Virus record (IMG/VR): IMGVR_UViG_3300045988_139474 | Span: 88,908-152,907 of that record | Origin: a virus | Length of the DNA stretch: 64,000 bases | Direction: 5' to 3' (one strand) | Shown: positions 47,201 through 55,521 of the stretch, one piece after another | How positions within the stretch are numbered: the first letter of the stretch is position 1 | Layout: each line of letters begins with the position of its first letter | Notes under the pieces: generated by a model | What the model was told of the DNA's origin: nothing | Database searches by the model: none | Seen by the model: the letters and a program-made list of their open reading frames with translations, nothing else | Program-made: the position numbers and the translations under genes

Positions 47201-50200
47201 TCTGAAAGAAACAGGCCGATTCTTCATTAAAGCAACAGCCAATCCGAATGCGCCGATTAACAACTGGCTGTACGTTACAGTTGATAAAGGCACTGACAGC
47301 AGGATTACCCAGAAGATTCAAGCTGATAATGACCCTAACATCCGCTATTACCGATATTTCAACGGTAGCAGTTGGACTGATTGGGTCAAAGAAGCTAACC
47401 TGTCTGATGTTAATGCTGTTGACGGCAAGGTGACTGAGACTAACAAGCGGATAGACAATCTGCGTGTGAGCGGTCGAAACCTTTTGGCTGCTACTCGTAA
47501 GCTGACTGCATTCTACAAGGGTGTGAATGTTTGGCATTACGCTAAACACCCTGACGAAAGGCAAGAAAGACTTGAGCCGATTTCGTCAGGTGACGGCTAT
47601 GAATACCTTGACGCGGATAAGCAACCTGCTAATACCTCAACTAATTACGTTCAATTGATTAGTAGAGTAGCAGGCCGTTGGGTCAATTGGCATCAGTACA
47701 GTAGAGAGGGTAGCAGGGCAGCTAGAGACGATAGCTCACCAACATTAGCTAAAGTCCAATCAGGTCGTTGGTACACTTTGAGTTGCGAAGTTAGAAAGAC
47801 AGCAACCAGTCCTAATACCCGATTGCAATTGAACTTGAGGGAATACTACACGACTTCAGGATTCAAAGACAATGGTGGTTGGGTTGACGTAAATTCTACC
47901 GAATGGCAACAGGTTCATGTAACTGTATTTGTTGAATACGGTCGAGGAATCTTGGGTCATGACTACTGGCTCGCCTACTTTGAGCTGTATGATGTCGGTG
48001 AAGTCCATATCCGCAAGCCGATGTTGGTTGAAGCTAATATCCCAGCCGATTGGTCAGAAGCTCCTGAGGATTTGGAACGCACTGAGATTGAATTCTCTGC
48101 TGACTTGCAAGAGTTCAAATCAACACTAGCAGATAACCGCAAATCTTTAGCTAGGCAAATGACACAATTGGAGGCAGGTTTAGGTATTTCTGCCAACCTG
48201 ATAGCCGATTCCGAGTTTGTCGAGGGCTTATCTGAGCAGGCATTTACTGAAGACAGTAATACAACTGGCTATGTGCGAGGTATAGTAGCTGTTGATAATG
48301 GTAGGTCGCCCAAAAACTTCCTGCCTAATAAGGCTGTCCGCGATATCAATGTTGGTTATGTAGGCCGTCTGAACGAAGCTAATGACTCAAACTGCTATTT
48401 CGGTACTTATAACGTCCCTATAATCCCAGGCATTTACCAATACAGCATTTATGTCCGCAATGACGCTAAAGTAACTGCTGATGTGTATGCTAACTTCCTT
48501 GACGAAAACCGCAGTCAACTAGCTCAGCCTGAAAGTAAGTATTGGAAGGACGATTTTGGCCCAAGAACGATTCAGCCTGCACCAGCCAAGCCTGCTGGTC
48601 AACAGTTGACTTTAGGTGACTTCACTAGGGTTGTATTTAACATTGATACAACTCATATGACTAATCTGCACTACACCAGGATTGTCGTCAGACTGAACTC
48701 AGTACCAGCCAATAAGGTCGGAGAGAATGTTGTATTGTTCTGCCGTCCTCAAATCGTCAAGATTAAGAAGCTGGAACTGGCGGATGTAGTTGAGTACACA
48801 CCTGGCCCAAGCAGGACTTCAGCCAAAGCCTTATTTACTGAGGAACGCCAAGCAAGGACAACTGAAACAGATAGCCTTGTGAAGCAGATTACCAAAGGCT
48901 CAGCCAAATTCCCGAATGGTACAGGCGACATAAATCAGGTCAGCGTGGTTATGAATCAAATCATGACTGCAACAGCCAATAAGGTCACTGCTGATTTGAC
49001 TAAGAAGTATCAGTTAGATATTGGTGGAGACAACTTGGTTGAAAACTCTGACTTCAAGGCTTACGAAAACATACAGTCATACCCTAACTCAACCTCAAGA
49101 AACAAGACCGCTACAATCTATCAATACATGTACCCAAACGCAGGCACTATGACGCCACTCATCATTCCAGATGTTGGTTTGAACGGCTCAAATGCTCTGC
49201 GAGTATCTTGGACTGAATTCCCTGAATTCCAGAACAAGGGGCTACAGATAGTATTTAGCAAAAAGACTTGGGCAAGAGGTCAGTTTTACATCTTAGCGGT
49301 CGCTGCAAGGCTTCCTGCAGGTGTAACTACTAGAGGTTGTCGAGTAAGGTTGGACGTTTCTAATGCGCCTTTCTGGCAAGATGTTGAATACCTGAATCAA
49401 CCTGAACTGACTAACGATTGGCAGTGGACTATCTGTAAGGCTCGCAAGACTCAAGAAGATAACCTCAACCAATTGTTTATCTCAGTCAACGGTGCTAATA
49501 GCCCGTCATTAAGAAGCGTTGAATTCTGCCTCCCTTATGCTAGTCAAGGTTCTACTTGGGGCGGTTACAAGCCACCTACAATCTCAGCTGTCTTAACAGA
49601 GACGAAAGAGATTGCACTTGATGCTCAAGGCAAGGTCAATGCTAAAATCGGTATGACGGTTGATGCAGGCGGTCGAGTTATCGGTTGGGAAGCTCAGAAT
49701 AGAAACGGCTCAACTGAGTTTAATGTGTTGGCTGATAAATTCCGAGTATTGAACAGCTTGAATCAAGGTGGTTCTCCTTTCACTATTGAAAACGGCGAAG
49801 TTGTATTCAAGGGTAAAGTGCGGTTTTCAAACGTTCAAGACCCTCCAGCCATTCCTAAAGTGCCGATAACTATCACGGCTGTAGGTGTGTCCAATCACCT
49901 GGATGTAGCCAAGCGAGTAGCACTGCTGACTACAGATACCAGAGACTTGCACCGCTCAAGTAATGGTCGAGGTGTTTGGTTGTCCGTAATCAATAACCAG
50001 ACAGGCACATTGATATCCAATGTCCTGTACGATACCTACACGGCTGCTGGCTGTACCGCATTTGCTAATGCAGTCAATAGCTTGAATCGAGGTAGCAATC
50101 TGGTAATTGTGAGGTCACAAGATGCGTCAATGGCTGATAACCAAGACTTCATAAGGGCTTTGAATAGCTTGGCAGCTGGCTTTGGTAATAACGTCAACAA

Positions 50201-51740
50201 GGCTTTGAAAAGCGAGGTTAGAACTAGCTTCAGCCTGATTAGCCAAGTCATTGGTACTGACCGCTGTACGTCAGAAGCTATTGATGGTCGTAAGAATCCT
50301 GACCAAGTTGCGGCTGTATGCTCAGGCTTGTTGAAAGACGGCGTTTACTCGTTCATTTCAGCACCTACAAACAACAGTCAAACCAGCTTAGTTGATATTG
50401 CGGAAGCTGAGGCCAATAAAAAGGCTAATGCAGCCAAAAAGGCTATTGAGGATACCTGGAGTCCTACAATCAATGAAGCTTTGACTAAAGCCAAAAAGGG
50501 TGTTGAGGAAGCTGATAAAGCCAATAAAGCAATACCTGAGAAGCTGAAAGAGGCTAAGGACTATGCTGATGATCAAAGAATAGAGGCAATCAAGAAAGCT
50601 GGTGAAGCAGCAGGCGAAAAGATTAAGCAAGCCAAAACTGATGTTAAAAATGACTTAGCACCTGTAATCAATCAAGCCAAGACTGACGCGATTACAGAAG
50701 CCCGACAATCTGTAGTATTCACAACTGCTCAAGACCTAAACAGTCTGGCTAATTCGGGTAGTTATGTAATCAAAGCAGCCAATAATCCGAATGCCCCGAT
50801 AACTAACTGGTTATTTGTTACAGTTGAGGGTGACGGTCGTGACCGCATTTTACAGACCGTGACTCGAGACAACGACAGTACAGTCCGTTACACTCGCAGA
50901 AAGGTTGGCGGTACATGGTCAGATTGGGCTAAAGAGGTCAGTGCTGATGACGTTCAACAGTCAATTTCAGCTTTGAAGATACCGAATGTGTTGTATGCTC
51001 AAGGGGCTTACAATAACAGCTATGCTCAGATGAAAGTATCAACTCCTTCTGGAATCCGCAATCTACCGATTGCAGATAACATAGGTATTGCGGTACAGAT
51101 TCTGAACATTTCAACGCTGGGTGTTGAGTTTGCTAAAGTCTATCCTGCTAATGCTACCAGCTATGCTCAGTTGGCTGCTGATTTAAGTAAGACCGCCTAC
51201 AACGGCAAGATAGTCATGATTGTATCTAGGGCTAATGTCGGTAGAGTGGACGATACCAACCTGAGGTCAGCTTTGCGTAGAGCAGGTTCAACAGACCTGA
51301 TTTACAACACGCTGAACAAGCGAGGCAACAATACATTTGCTTTGATTGGTAAGATTGGTTCAGAAGGCTCAGCCCAAGAATCTATCATGGCTGTTGGAGG
51401 TTCAGGTGGTGTCTTTGGCGATTTCGCTCAGGTTTCTGCAGTTTGGAACAACGGCGATTTAATGCCAGGCAGTCAGACACTGATTGACGGCGGTAGGATT
51501 ACAACCAATTCTATCACTGCTAATCAAATTAGTGTTGGTAGCTTGTCCGCAATATCAGCTAACTTAGGTCATGTTACTGCAGGCTCAATTAACATTGGTG
51601 GTAAGTTTAGAGTTGATAGCAATGGTGAAGTAACGATTAGTTCAGGCGGTTCTACTGGCTTGAAGATTACTAACCAACGCATTGACGTGTATGATGAAAA
51701 TGCTAGATTACGCGTCCGATTAGGCAAACTGGTTGATTAA
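41277..51740 (+). CDS. giant (3487 aa) modular tail fibre / adhesin
   Basis: ATG at 41277 with RBS AGGAG. Long coiled coils alternate with jelly-roll-like modules, each starting GGRNL and ending (K/E)xExGxxxTDWTPAPED (44328-44720, 45579-46083, 46356-46769, 47469-48077). Two pyocin-knob-like domains, two ILEI/FAM3-like domains, and a C-terminal fibre-tip-like repeat ITANQISVGSLSA. Confidence 0.75.
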   Translation: MVKPCIQEQSVLRYSDTASHDKAGMVPLATRWGEVPEDQYAVTAASLLMLENTVSKVEALVADAVDLAAQAGEKAAKAAVKATNTLTDGSSTYSQLNGETGMNITGLTYIPGLSRIELRWALPTYERAAETVIYQATTEAFENAVVIKKVEYPISGAFIDETKARYYWVQLVDKQDPSRRGQVFGPILADPYGNLDKLVETLRGKITATELDAELVQGLYKNIQEATDRTINERLASIRERLNNLDNLVDSRVQNSLQGLNQVTDALEQEIRRLGSNYSKVVENTEKAQGLLETWTSKTEEALAGVQKNTLALTDANTALSQTRETLLAKVGANEAAINKESEARTTQYESIADDIKQLRTKTEANEAAIVEEGRLRSDQFGSQAETLKGLQATSSTQAGRIRELSQTVADNERSSATKFENLKSGLMGNHHYNYNFTAGKDSWEASQGVLEAKTSNNPSDPSNTLLNLKTNVTTLVYSTTKTAINLENVYNAVASLRNIGANPVKVRVGLMTFDHRGEAQTHSNVDSRYYWVSEKTLAPNSGWASLGGEAKGATKQWPINSDLKLAAIPLGAKQGVPVVEIVGERGSEVDIGSIDLLDISATAAVGSEISTLKETTTTALDTQAKEFKKLSSKFGENISEIEKQQKTFSSAQKAQAEQINNMTAKVGANEAGLQRLDEAVTSDRSSTALALDNLKAGFNSTMVNHVKNPSMSKDSTGWTANPTAKFKRVPSTSLLPKGKTEADVPYYTLFKSEGYVGKFWGTDLLIDCDIPKLVSPTDLVHFSVKVANPATTNLTQIKVRINGAQTILLGEVAKGKFEIVSGSVPLPANTTSLQLQISTQNSAITEENAIIIAFPQCRTNAAPIESDAKLEHLRLAVANADQALAREVNNLQVNYKAAAAAIKEEKETRASETEALSLKYQTMESELNGSKAKIQKLETTVTTETESVAKRVREMGTEFNGKISTVTEVAQRGVDNAAEALQKANDNLGLAKRYADDKSLKAITDAEKAVRDKLKLGGRNLIRKSNPDTNDSQYLHAFAITEAPAFGDDVTVTLWGDLGEGRTDFAVYNSRGFGELAKLKKISDGVYQAQFKWADNTYTGPEDKLSNTTLNVYAYPSSSTSAFSINKVKFERGTVPTDWTPAPEDVEDKVDKVKVEIERQVKEAKDLAVSSNAKIKEHETSINNAEKALNQKAVELTGQFNQALTEKVEVLNNAVAKKASGEEVKALLGKVTAVEREVIESKSKINQFSETLDNAQQSSTQIVQDAESRFKKVVEKSVETINRDIGTVRQAAADAASKADQNLQAAQNYADGKKNEALDAAKTYADGQKTAAIQAASADATKKANAAKKAAEDALNPAIQAAQRKADEGVSNAQQAVQAAERNLQAAKEYADGKTAEAKKQAIKDAEEQLKQAKEFLQGKIAEAKTLYDNLEFGGRNLLRKTKGLTDTKFWKFYKDARQTVAEQPRTDDVLTIKTGSAFWASYRQTSVDNPLIALEANKTYTVSFEAKSSNTLDRSIRLFVREYFGDSNDNRFSYYFTPLVADDWVKHSYTFTVDELKANHKAWHVIWELTAPDTQLEIRNMKVERGNKPTDWTPAPEDVEGQIADVKQKAENIGNDMERALEQVKGQLETRIQEAEKKATDAESKVNNYTKTKDTEVSAMAESVRGLEGKFVEEAEKVRATVTTAINDIQIGGRNLAKDSYNPNKDKHGYLKAYRITKAPEYGDKVTVTVWGELGDTRNGQIGVYNTFGYGELFKLTKIADGVWRGQGFWNKHTSPIAGGQERQNETLNLYAYPNDNTDRNLVNNLFTHVKFELGNKATDWTPAPEDLESKIEDITTWKISAQSALEQVQRTVNSAQGSAATLNDALSARFNEAKTQTRREVREELNPEIAKAKKAGVDAAGAVKTELTPKITDAKDQADKGVAEAKKANDAIPQKLKEAKDYADTKKTEAITAAVTEARDWKAVNARTDLNTLKETGRFFIKATANPNAPINNWLYVTVDKGTDSRITQKIQADNDPNIRYYRYFNGSSWTDWVKEANLSDVNAVDGKVTETNKRIDNLRVSGRNLLAATRKLTAFYKGVNVWHYAKHPDERQERLEPISSGDGYEYLDADKQPANTSTNYVQLISRVAGRWVNWHQYSREGSRAARDDSSPTLAKVQSGRWYTLSCEVRKTATSPNTRLQLNLREYYTTSGFKDNGGWVDVNSTEWQQVHVTVFVEYGRGILGHDYWLAYFELYDVGEVHIRKPMLVEANIPADWSEAPEDLERTEIEFSADLQEFKSTLADNRKSLARQMTQLEAGLGISANLIADSEFVEGLSEQAFTEDSNTTGYVRGIVAVDNGRSPKNFLPNKAVRDINVGYVGRLNEANDSNCYFGTYNVPIIPGIYQYSIYVRNDAKVTADVYANFLDENRSQLAQPESKYWKDDFGPRTIQPAPAKPAGQQLTLGDFTRVVFNIDTTHMTNLHYTRIVVRLNSVPANKVGENVVLFCRPQIVKIKKLELADVVEYTPGPSRTSAKALFTEERQARTTETDSLVKQITKGSAKFPNGTGDINQVSVVMNQIMTATANKVTADLTKKYQLDIGGDNLVENSDFKAYENIQSYPNSTSRNKTATIYQYMYPNAGTMTPLIIPDVGLNGSNALRVSWTEFPEFQNKGLQIVFSKKTWARGQFYILAVAARLPAGVTTRGCRVRLDVSNAPFWQDVEYLNQPELTNDWQWTICKARKTQEDNLNQLFISVNGANSPSLRSVEFCLPYASQGSTWGGYKPPTISAVLTETKEIALDAQGKVNAKIGMTVDAGGRVIGWEAQNRNGSTEFNVLADKFRVLNSLNQGGSPFTIENGEVVFKGKVRFSNVQDPPAIPKVPITITAVGVSNHLDVAKRVALLTTDTRDLHRSSNGRGVWLSVINNQTGTLISNVLYDTYTAAGCTAFANAVNSLNRGSNLVIVRSQDASMADNQDFIRALNSLAAGFGNNVNKALKSEVRTSFSLISQVIGTDRCTSEAIDGRKNPDQVAAVCSGLLKDGVYSFISAPTNNSQTSLVDIAEAEANKKANAAKKAIEDTWSPTINEALTKAKKGVEEADKANKAIPEKLKEAKDYADDQRIEAIKKAGEAAGEKIKQAKTDVKNDLAPVINQAKTDAITEARQSVVFTTAQDLNSLANSGSYVIKAANNPNAPITNWLFVTVEGDGRDRILQTVTRDNDSTVRYTRRKVGGTWSDWAKEVSADDVQQSISALKIPNVLYAQGAYNNSYAQMKVSTPSGIRNLPIADNIGIAVQILNISTLGVEFAKVYPANATSYAQLAADLSKTAYNGKIVMIVSRANVGRVDDTNLRSALRRAGSTDLIYNTLNKRGNNTFALIGKIGSEGSAQESIMAVGGSGGVFGDFAQVSAVWNNGDLMPGSQTLIDGGRITTNSITANQISVGSLSAISANLGHVTAGSINIGGKFRVDSNGEVTISSGGSTGLKITNQRIDVYDENARLRVRLGKLVD
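48362..48373 (+). repeat. DNA uptake sequence, AG-DUS 12-mer (inside giant gene)
   Basis: Exact match. Confidence 0.9.
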
Positions 51741-51744
51741 TCCG

Positions 51745-51780
51745 CAAGGCTGGCTTCGGCTGGCCTTGCTATCTCTTTAC
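51745..51780 (+). terminator. stem-loop with UUCG tetraloop
   Basis: GCAAGGCTGGC-TTCG-GCTGGCCTTGC forms an 11-bp stem including two G-U pairs. The downstream run TATCTCTTT is only partly T-rich. Confidence 0.55.
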
Positions 51781-51790
51781 GGAGGAAACG

Positions 51791-52447
51791 ATGTATGGAC
51801 TTCAAATAAGAAATGACGATGAAGTGTCTGAGATTTCCGAGTATATCGGCAACACATCAGGTTACAGTGGTCAAGAGGGTTTCAATCCAATTGTAACAAC
51901 AGAAGCTCCGTTAGGATACGGCTTGTCTATTAACGGTCAAAAGATTATATTGCAAAATGACGATACTTTCATATTAAGACATCTAAGAGCTTCAGGTGAT
52001 AGCGTCAATTATTCAAACGATTTCTTCAATGACCCTGTTCCGCCTAATGTACTACTGCTAGTGAGCGTAGAAGCTGATAACTTAGCGCACCTTTATGCAT
52101 TAGACCGCTTGTCGTTAGCAAGCAAGAAGGGGCAATTTGGTTTACAGTCAGACTCAAGGATTTTTGCGCCAACCCAAAGACCTGTTATCGTGCGCACTAA
52201 CCAAATGGTAGCAGAAGCCCGTAAAGGTAAAGTGTTGACAGGGTATAGGGGCGAAGAACGCACCTTTGTTGTGAAAACAATAGGTTGGCCTGAAAATCTT
52301 TTTGCTAACTATTACGACTTGCGGGAAGCCTGTAAAAATTGGCGATTTACCGTTTATCGGGAGGGAGGCCTAGCAAAATTCCAAAGCCATTACCTGAATC
52401 AAGATACCCCGTCATCAATTATTAGGACTTACACAGGCATAAGGTAA
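51791..52447 (+). CDS. hypothetical protein
   Basis: 218 aa with RBS GGAGGA. Confidence 0.55.
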   Translation: MYGLQIRNDDEVSEISEYIGNTSGYSGQEGFNPIVTTEAPLGYGLSINGQKIILQNDDTFILRHLRASGDSVNYSNDFFNDPVPPNVLLLVSVEADNLAHLYALDRLSLASKKGQFGLQSDSRIFAPTQRPVIVRTNQMVAEARKGKVLTGYRGEERTFVVKTIGWPENLFANYYDLREACKNWRFTVYREGGLAKFQSHYLNQDTPSSIIRTYTGIR

Positions 52448-52452
52448 CCAAC

Positions 52453-52791
52453 ATGTATATCATTGAAAAAGAATACGCCAATCCAGACGATGGCAAGACT
52501 TCAGCCGTCTTTCTAGCAGGCAAGATTGAGATTGACTGGATTAACAACCTGTCAGAGATTGTAATCGCAGGATTCAGTAATCTCCAAGACTTCATTGACG
52601 GGAATCCTCCCAATTTAGTCAAGTTGCTATCATTCGCAACATCCCCAGCTCAATGTGAAGACCCGATTTTGTACTTGTTCCGTGAGCTGACTTTACATGA
52701 CGGCTGGTTGCCACTTAAAGGCGGTAATATCAAGCGATTGTATGACCTTGATATCAACTTCAATACAACATATGCGAGGAGCGCAAGATGA
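52453..52791 (+). CDS. hypothetical protein
   Basis: 112 aa, closely packed with neighbours. Confidence 0.5.
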   Translation: MYIIEKEYANPDDGKTSAVFLAGKIEIDWINNLSEIVIAGFSNLQDFIDGNPPNLVKLLSFATSPAQCEDPILYLFRELTLHDGWLPLKGGNIKRLYDLDINFNTTYARSAR

Positions 52792-53423
52792 GAGTGATTA
52801 TTATGGGCGACAAGCCTGTATTCTCAGAGATTAACCGCAAGGAAGAGATTACACCTGAAACCTACTTGCTGACTGATAAGGAAGAGCATGATATCAGGGA
52901 GAGCCTTGAGAAAGGCGGTGAGGTGTACGTTACAGCAGACAAACGACTTGTCTGGACAGGCGCAAAACCTGATGACTACTACGCTTATGATAAAGCAACT
53001 GAAACTTGGGTTGTAGATGACCAGAAGTTTAAGGAACGCTTGGAGCAGTACAAAGCTGACTTGTGGGAAAAGACGAAGGCCGAACGTGAAACCAGATTAG
53101 TATCAGGCTGCTATGTGCCTTCAATCGAGAAATGGTTTCATACAGATATGGTTAGCCAAATGAGCTACACTAGAGCGTTGGAATTCTTCAACTTGAACCC
53201 TGAGGCCAAACCCGTCATGTGGAAGACAATGGACGGTACTTTTGTTGAAATCAACAAGGACAAAGTAGTTGAAATCATCTCAACCATCTTCATTCGCAGC
53301 CAAGAGATTTTCAAGATTGCGGAAACTCACGGCGCAAAAATTAAAGCCTTGACTAGCTTAGATTCGTATGATATTATGACTGGTTGGCCAAGCTCATTCT
53401 CGAAGGCAAATAACAATGAATAA
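52788..53423 (+). CDS. tail fibre assembly / chaperone-like protein
   Basis: 211 aa. YAYDKATETWVVDDQKF ... WFHTDMVSQMSY...MWKTMDGTFVEI resembles Tfa/DUF4376-type fibre chaperones. Lies downstream of the fibre genes. Confidence 0.4.
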   Translation: MRVIIMGDKPVFSEINRKEEITPETYLLTDKEEHDIRESLEKGGEVYVTADKRLVWTGAKPDDYYAYDKATETWVVDDQKFKERLEQYKADLWEKTKAERETRLVSGCYVPSIEKWFHTDMVSQMSYTRALEFFNLNPEAKPVMWKTMDGTFVEINKDKVVEIISTIFIRSQEIFKIAETHGAKIKALTSLDSYDIMTGWPSSFSKANNNE

Positions 53424-53889
53424 CATTTTCATCGCATTTTATCGCGGCAAGAAACCTTACAAACAGGGTGAATCTAAAATCAAGACACGTTGGTTCAGAC
53501 TTTTAGACCGCCTGACCCGATTCTTCACTAATGGCAAATATTCGCACTGCGAAGTAGCTATCAAGGATGAAGAGGGTACATATAGTATCTATTCGGCCTC
53601 CGTCCGTGACGGCGGTGTCCGAGTTCAGCACCATAAGAAGTTGACTGCAGACCAATGGACGTTAGTACCAGTCCAGCTATCGGAGGAAGAAGTCATCAAG
53701 TATTTTGAGCAGAACAAGGGCAAAAATTACGACTTCTTTGGGGCTATCGGTTGTGCGGTAACCTGGATTGATAACAGTAGCAAGCGTATGTTCTGTAGCG
53801 AGTTTTGTGCAGGCGTATTGGGATATGATGAGCCATGGCGATTCGACCCTAATGAACTATACTCAATCCTGACTAGACGGACATATTAG
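53416..53889 (+). CDS. permuted papain-fold (YiiX/YaeF, C92-like) peptidase
   Basis: 157 aa. The His-containing motif YSHCEVAI precedes the Cys motif MFCSEFCAGVLG, the permuted order typical of this family. Confidence 0.5.
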   Translation: MNNIFIAFYRGKKPYKQGESKIKTRWFRLLDRLTRFFTNGKYSHCEVAIKDEEGTYSIYSASVRDGGVRVQHHKKLTADQWTLVPVQLSEEEVIKYFEQNKGKNYDFFGAIGCAVTWIDNSSKRMFCSEFCAGVLGYDEPWRFDPNELYSILTRRTY

Positions 53890-53926
53890 CAAGGAAAGCT
53901 ATCGTGATGAAAAGGAGTTGATGTAA

Positions 53927-54253
53927 ATGAAACGGATAGACCTTGAGTGGTACAGAGGTGACGATGAGATGGAGACTTTTGTTTTTGAAATAGACAACAA
54001 GCCTGTTGATTTTACAGGATGCTCCTTCAACATGAAGATAGTCCCTGAATATCTAGGAGAGCCGATACTATTGAGCACATCTGAAGGCATTGTAGTGAAA
54101 GATAACATGGTGCAAATTTCAGTCCCTCATCAAGCAACTGAAAATGTTTCATGGGATTCCGCCAATTACGACCTGCAGATAACTGATAGTACAGGTAGGA
54201 TTAAAACCCTGTGTTACGGCAGCATAAGTCTATTACAAGACACCACGAGGTGA
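53927..54253 (+). CDS. hypothetical Ig-like small structural protein
   Basis: 108 aa. The WYRGDD...VDFTGCSF...YDLQITD pattern is seen in BppU-N-like phage Ig domains. Confidence 0.35.
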   Translation: MKRIDLEWYRGDDEMETFVFEIDNKPVDFTGCSFNMKIVPEYLGEPILLSTSEGIVVKDNMVQISVPHQATENVSWDSANYDLQITDSTGRIKTLCYGSISLLQDTTR

Positions 54254-54258
54254 AAGAG

Positions 54259-54441
54259 ATGGATGAACAGGGTATTTTTACTGCACGGCTATTGCGAAAG
54301 CCCGCAATAAAAGTGAAACTAGACCCAAGGGCTGCACCTTTTAAACCTCAAAAGCAAGAAGGTAAGCCCTCAGAGGTTGACTGCGAAGAACTGCCTGAAC
54401 TGGCAGATTTACTACTAAACTACAAACTTGGAGCATTGTAA
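54259..54441 (+). CDS. hypothetical small protein
   Basis: ATG at 54259 with RBS GAGGTG. The ORF-track start at 54211 overlaps the previous gene. 60 aa. Confidence 0.4.
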   Translation: MDEQGIFTARLLRKPAIKVKLDPRAAPFKPQKQEGKPSEVDCEELPELADLLLNYKLGAL

Positions 54442-54854
54442 TGAGCTTAAAATCATTGTTAGGCCAATTCGCACAATTTATCGGCGAAAAAGACAAAGAA
54501 TTAAAACAGGAACTCTCAGGCAGCATTAATACGGCTAAAACTGAAGCCATCAATACTGCGGCCACTGCTGCTGACGCTAAAATCAATACGGCTAAAGGTG
54601 AAATTCAATCCCAAATCCAATCAGCCGTCTCAGCCTTGAAAACTGAATTGATTGGTGGGGCTTCTGAAGAATTAGACACATTCAAGGAACTGGCTGAAGA
54701 ACTGACTAAGTTGAAAGCAAACGGTAGCAGCGTGCCTGAATCTTTGGTCACCAAGATTACTGAGATTAAGGGTACTGCTGATGGAATCAAATCTGATATC
54801 GACAGCATCACTCTTCAAGAGTTGAAGAACAGCTACACTGCGGCTCTGTCTTAA
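54441..54854 (+). CDS. coiled-coil fibre-stalk-like protein
   Basis: 137 aa. Heptad-like repeats (INTAKTEAINTAATAADAKINTAKGEIQSQIQ). Confidence 0.45.
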   Translation: MSLKSLLGQFAQFIGEKDKELKQELSGSINTAKTEAINTAATAADAKINTAKGEIQSQIQSAVSALKTELIGGASEELDTFKELAEELTKLKANGSSVPESLVTKITEIKGTADGIKSDIDSITLQELKNSYTAALS

Positions 54855-54861
54855 CCGTATT

Positions 54862-54883
54862 CAGGGTGCGTCCCACCCTGTTT
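54862..54883 (+). terminator. short stem-loop
   Basis: CAGGGTG-CGTCC-CACCCTG, followed by TTT. Confidence 0.45.
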
Positions 54884-54894
54884 AAGGAGGTTTA

Positions 54895-55521
54895 ATGAGT
54901 TTACAAACAACATTGAACGACTTTTCGGCCTTCCTAGCTACTCAAATTGCAGATGCTGGCGTATTGAAAGGAACAGGAAGGCCTGATACAAATCAAAGTA
55001 TGGCTGATAAGCCGAAAGGAACGCTGTACCAAGACAAAGCAATTACTAACGGCGCAGCACTCTGGCTTAAAACTGGCCCAGCAGCCAGAGATTGGAAAGT
55101 TATTTCGGGCGATACTGGCTGGAAAACGCTTGAAATTGTTTCAAAACTAGGTAATTCTTTTCTGAGAGTGCGTAGGCTCAACGATACAGTAACATACCAG
55201 TTTGGTGGGCTGCAATGGGGTTGGTTTGGTATTGTTAGACGTGGTGGCCCAGGGTATCAACTTCAACCGTCTGACCGTGAACGGAACGTGTACATTTTAA
55301 GTCAACAAAGAGTACCTCAGGGCTTTCGGTCAGAAGCCAGTATGATTGGCGGTATCTACAACGACAAGGGCGTGCCTTATGGTACGTGGTATCTGGGTGG
55401 CCCAGGTGATGGTAACATGCTTCGGTTTCAATTCCTTGACCCTGTCCCAACTGATAGAGACATTGGGGATATCAGGGTGAGTAACATCATGTATACCACT
55501 AATGACCCATGGCCAAGTTAA
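54895..55521 (+). CDS. putative receptor-binding / fibre tip protein
   Basis: 208 aa with RBS AAGGAGG. The GTGRPD...GTLYQD...WKVISGDTGWKTLEI pattern is common in small phage fibre-tip proteins. Confidence 0.35.
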   Translation: MSLQTTLNDFSAFLATQIADAGVLKGTGRPDTNQSMADKPKGTLYQDKAITNGAALWLKTGPAARDWKVISGDTGWKTLEIVSKLGNSFLRVRRLNDTVTYQFGGLQWGWFGIVRRGGPGYQLQPSDRERNVYILSQQRVPQGFRSEASMIGGIYNDKGVPYGTWYLGGPGDGNMLRFQFLDPVPTDRDIGDIRVSNIMYTTNDPWPS

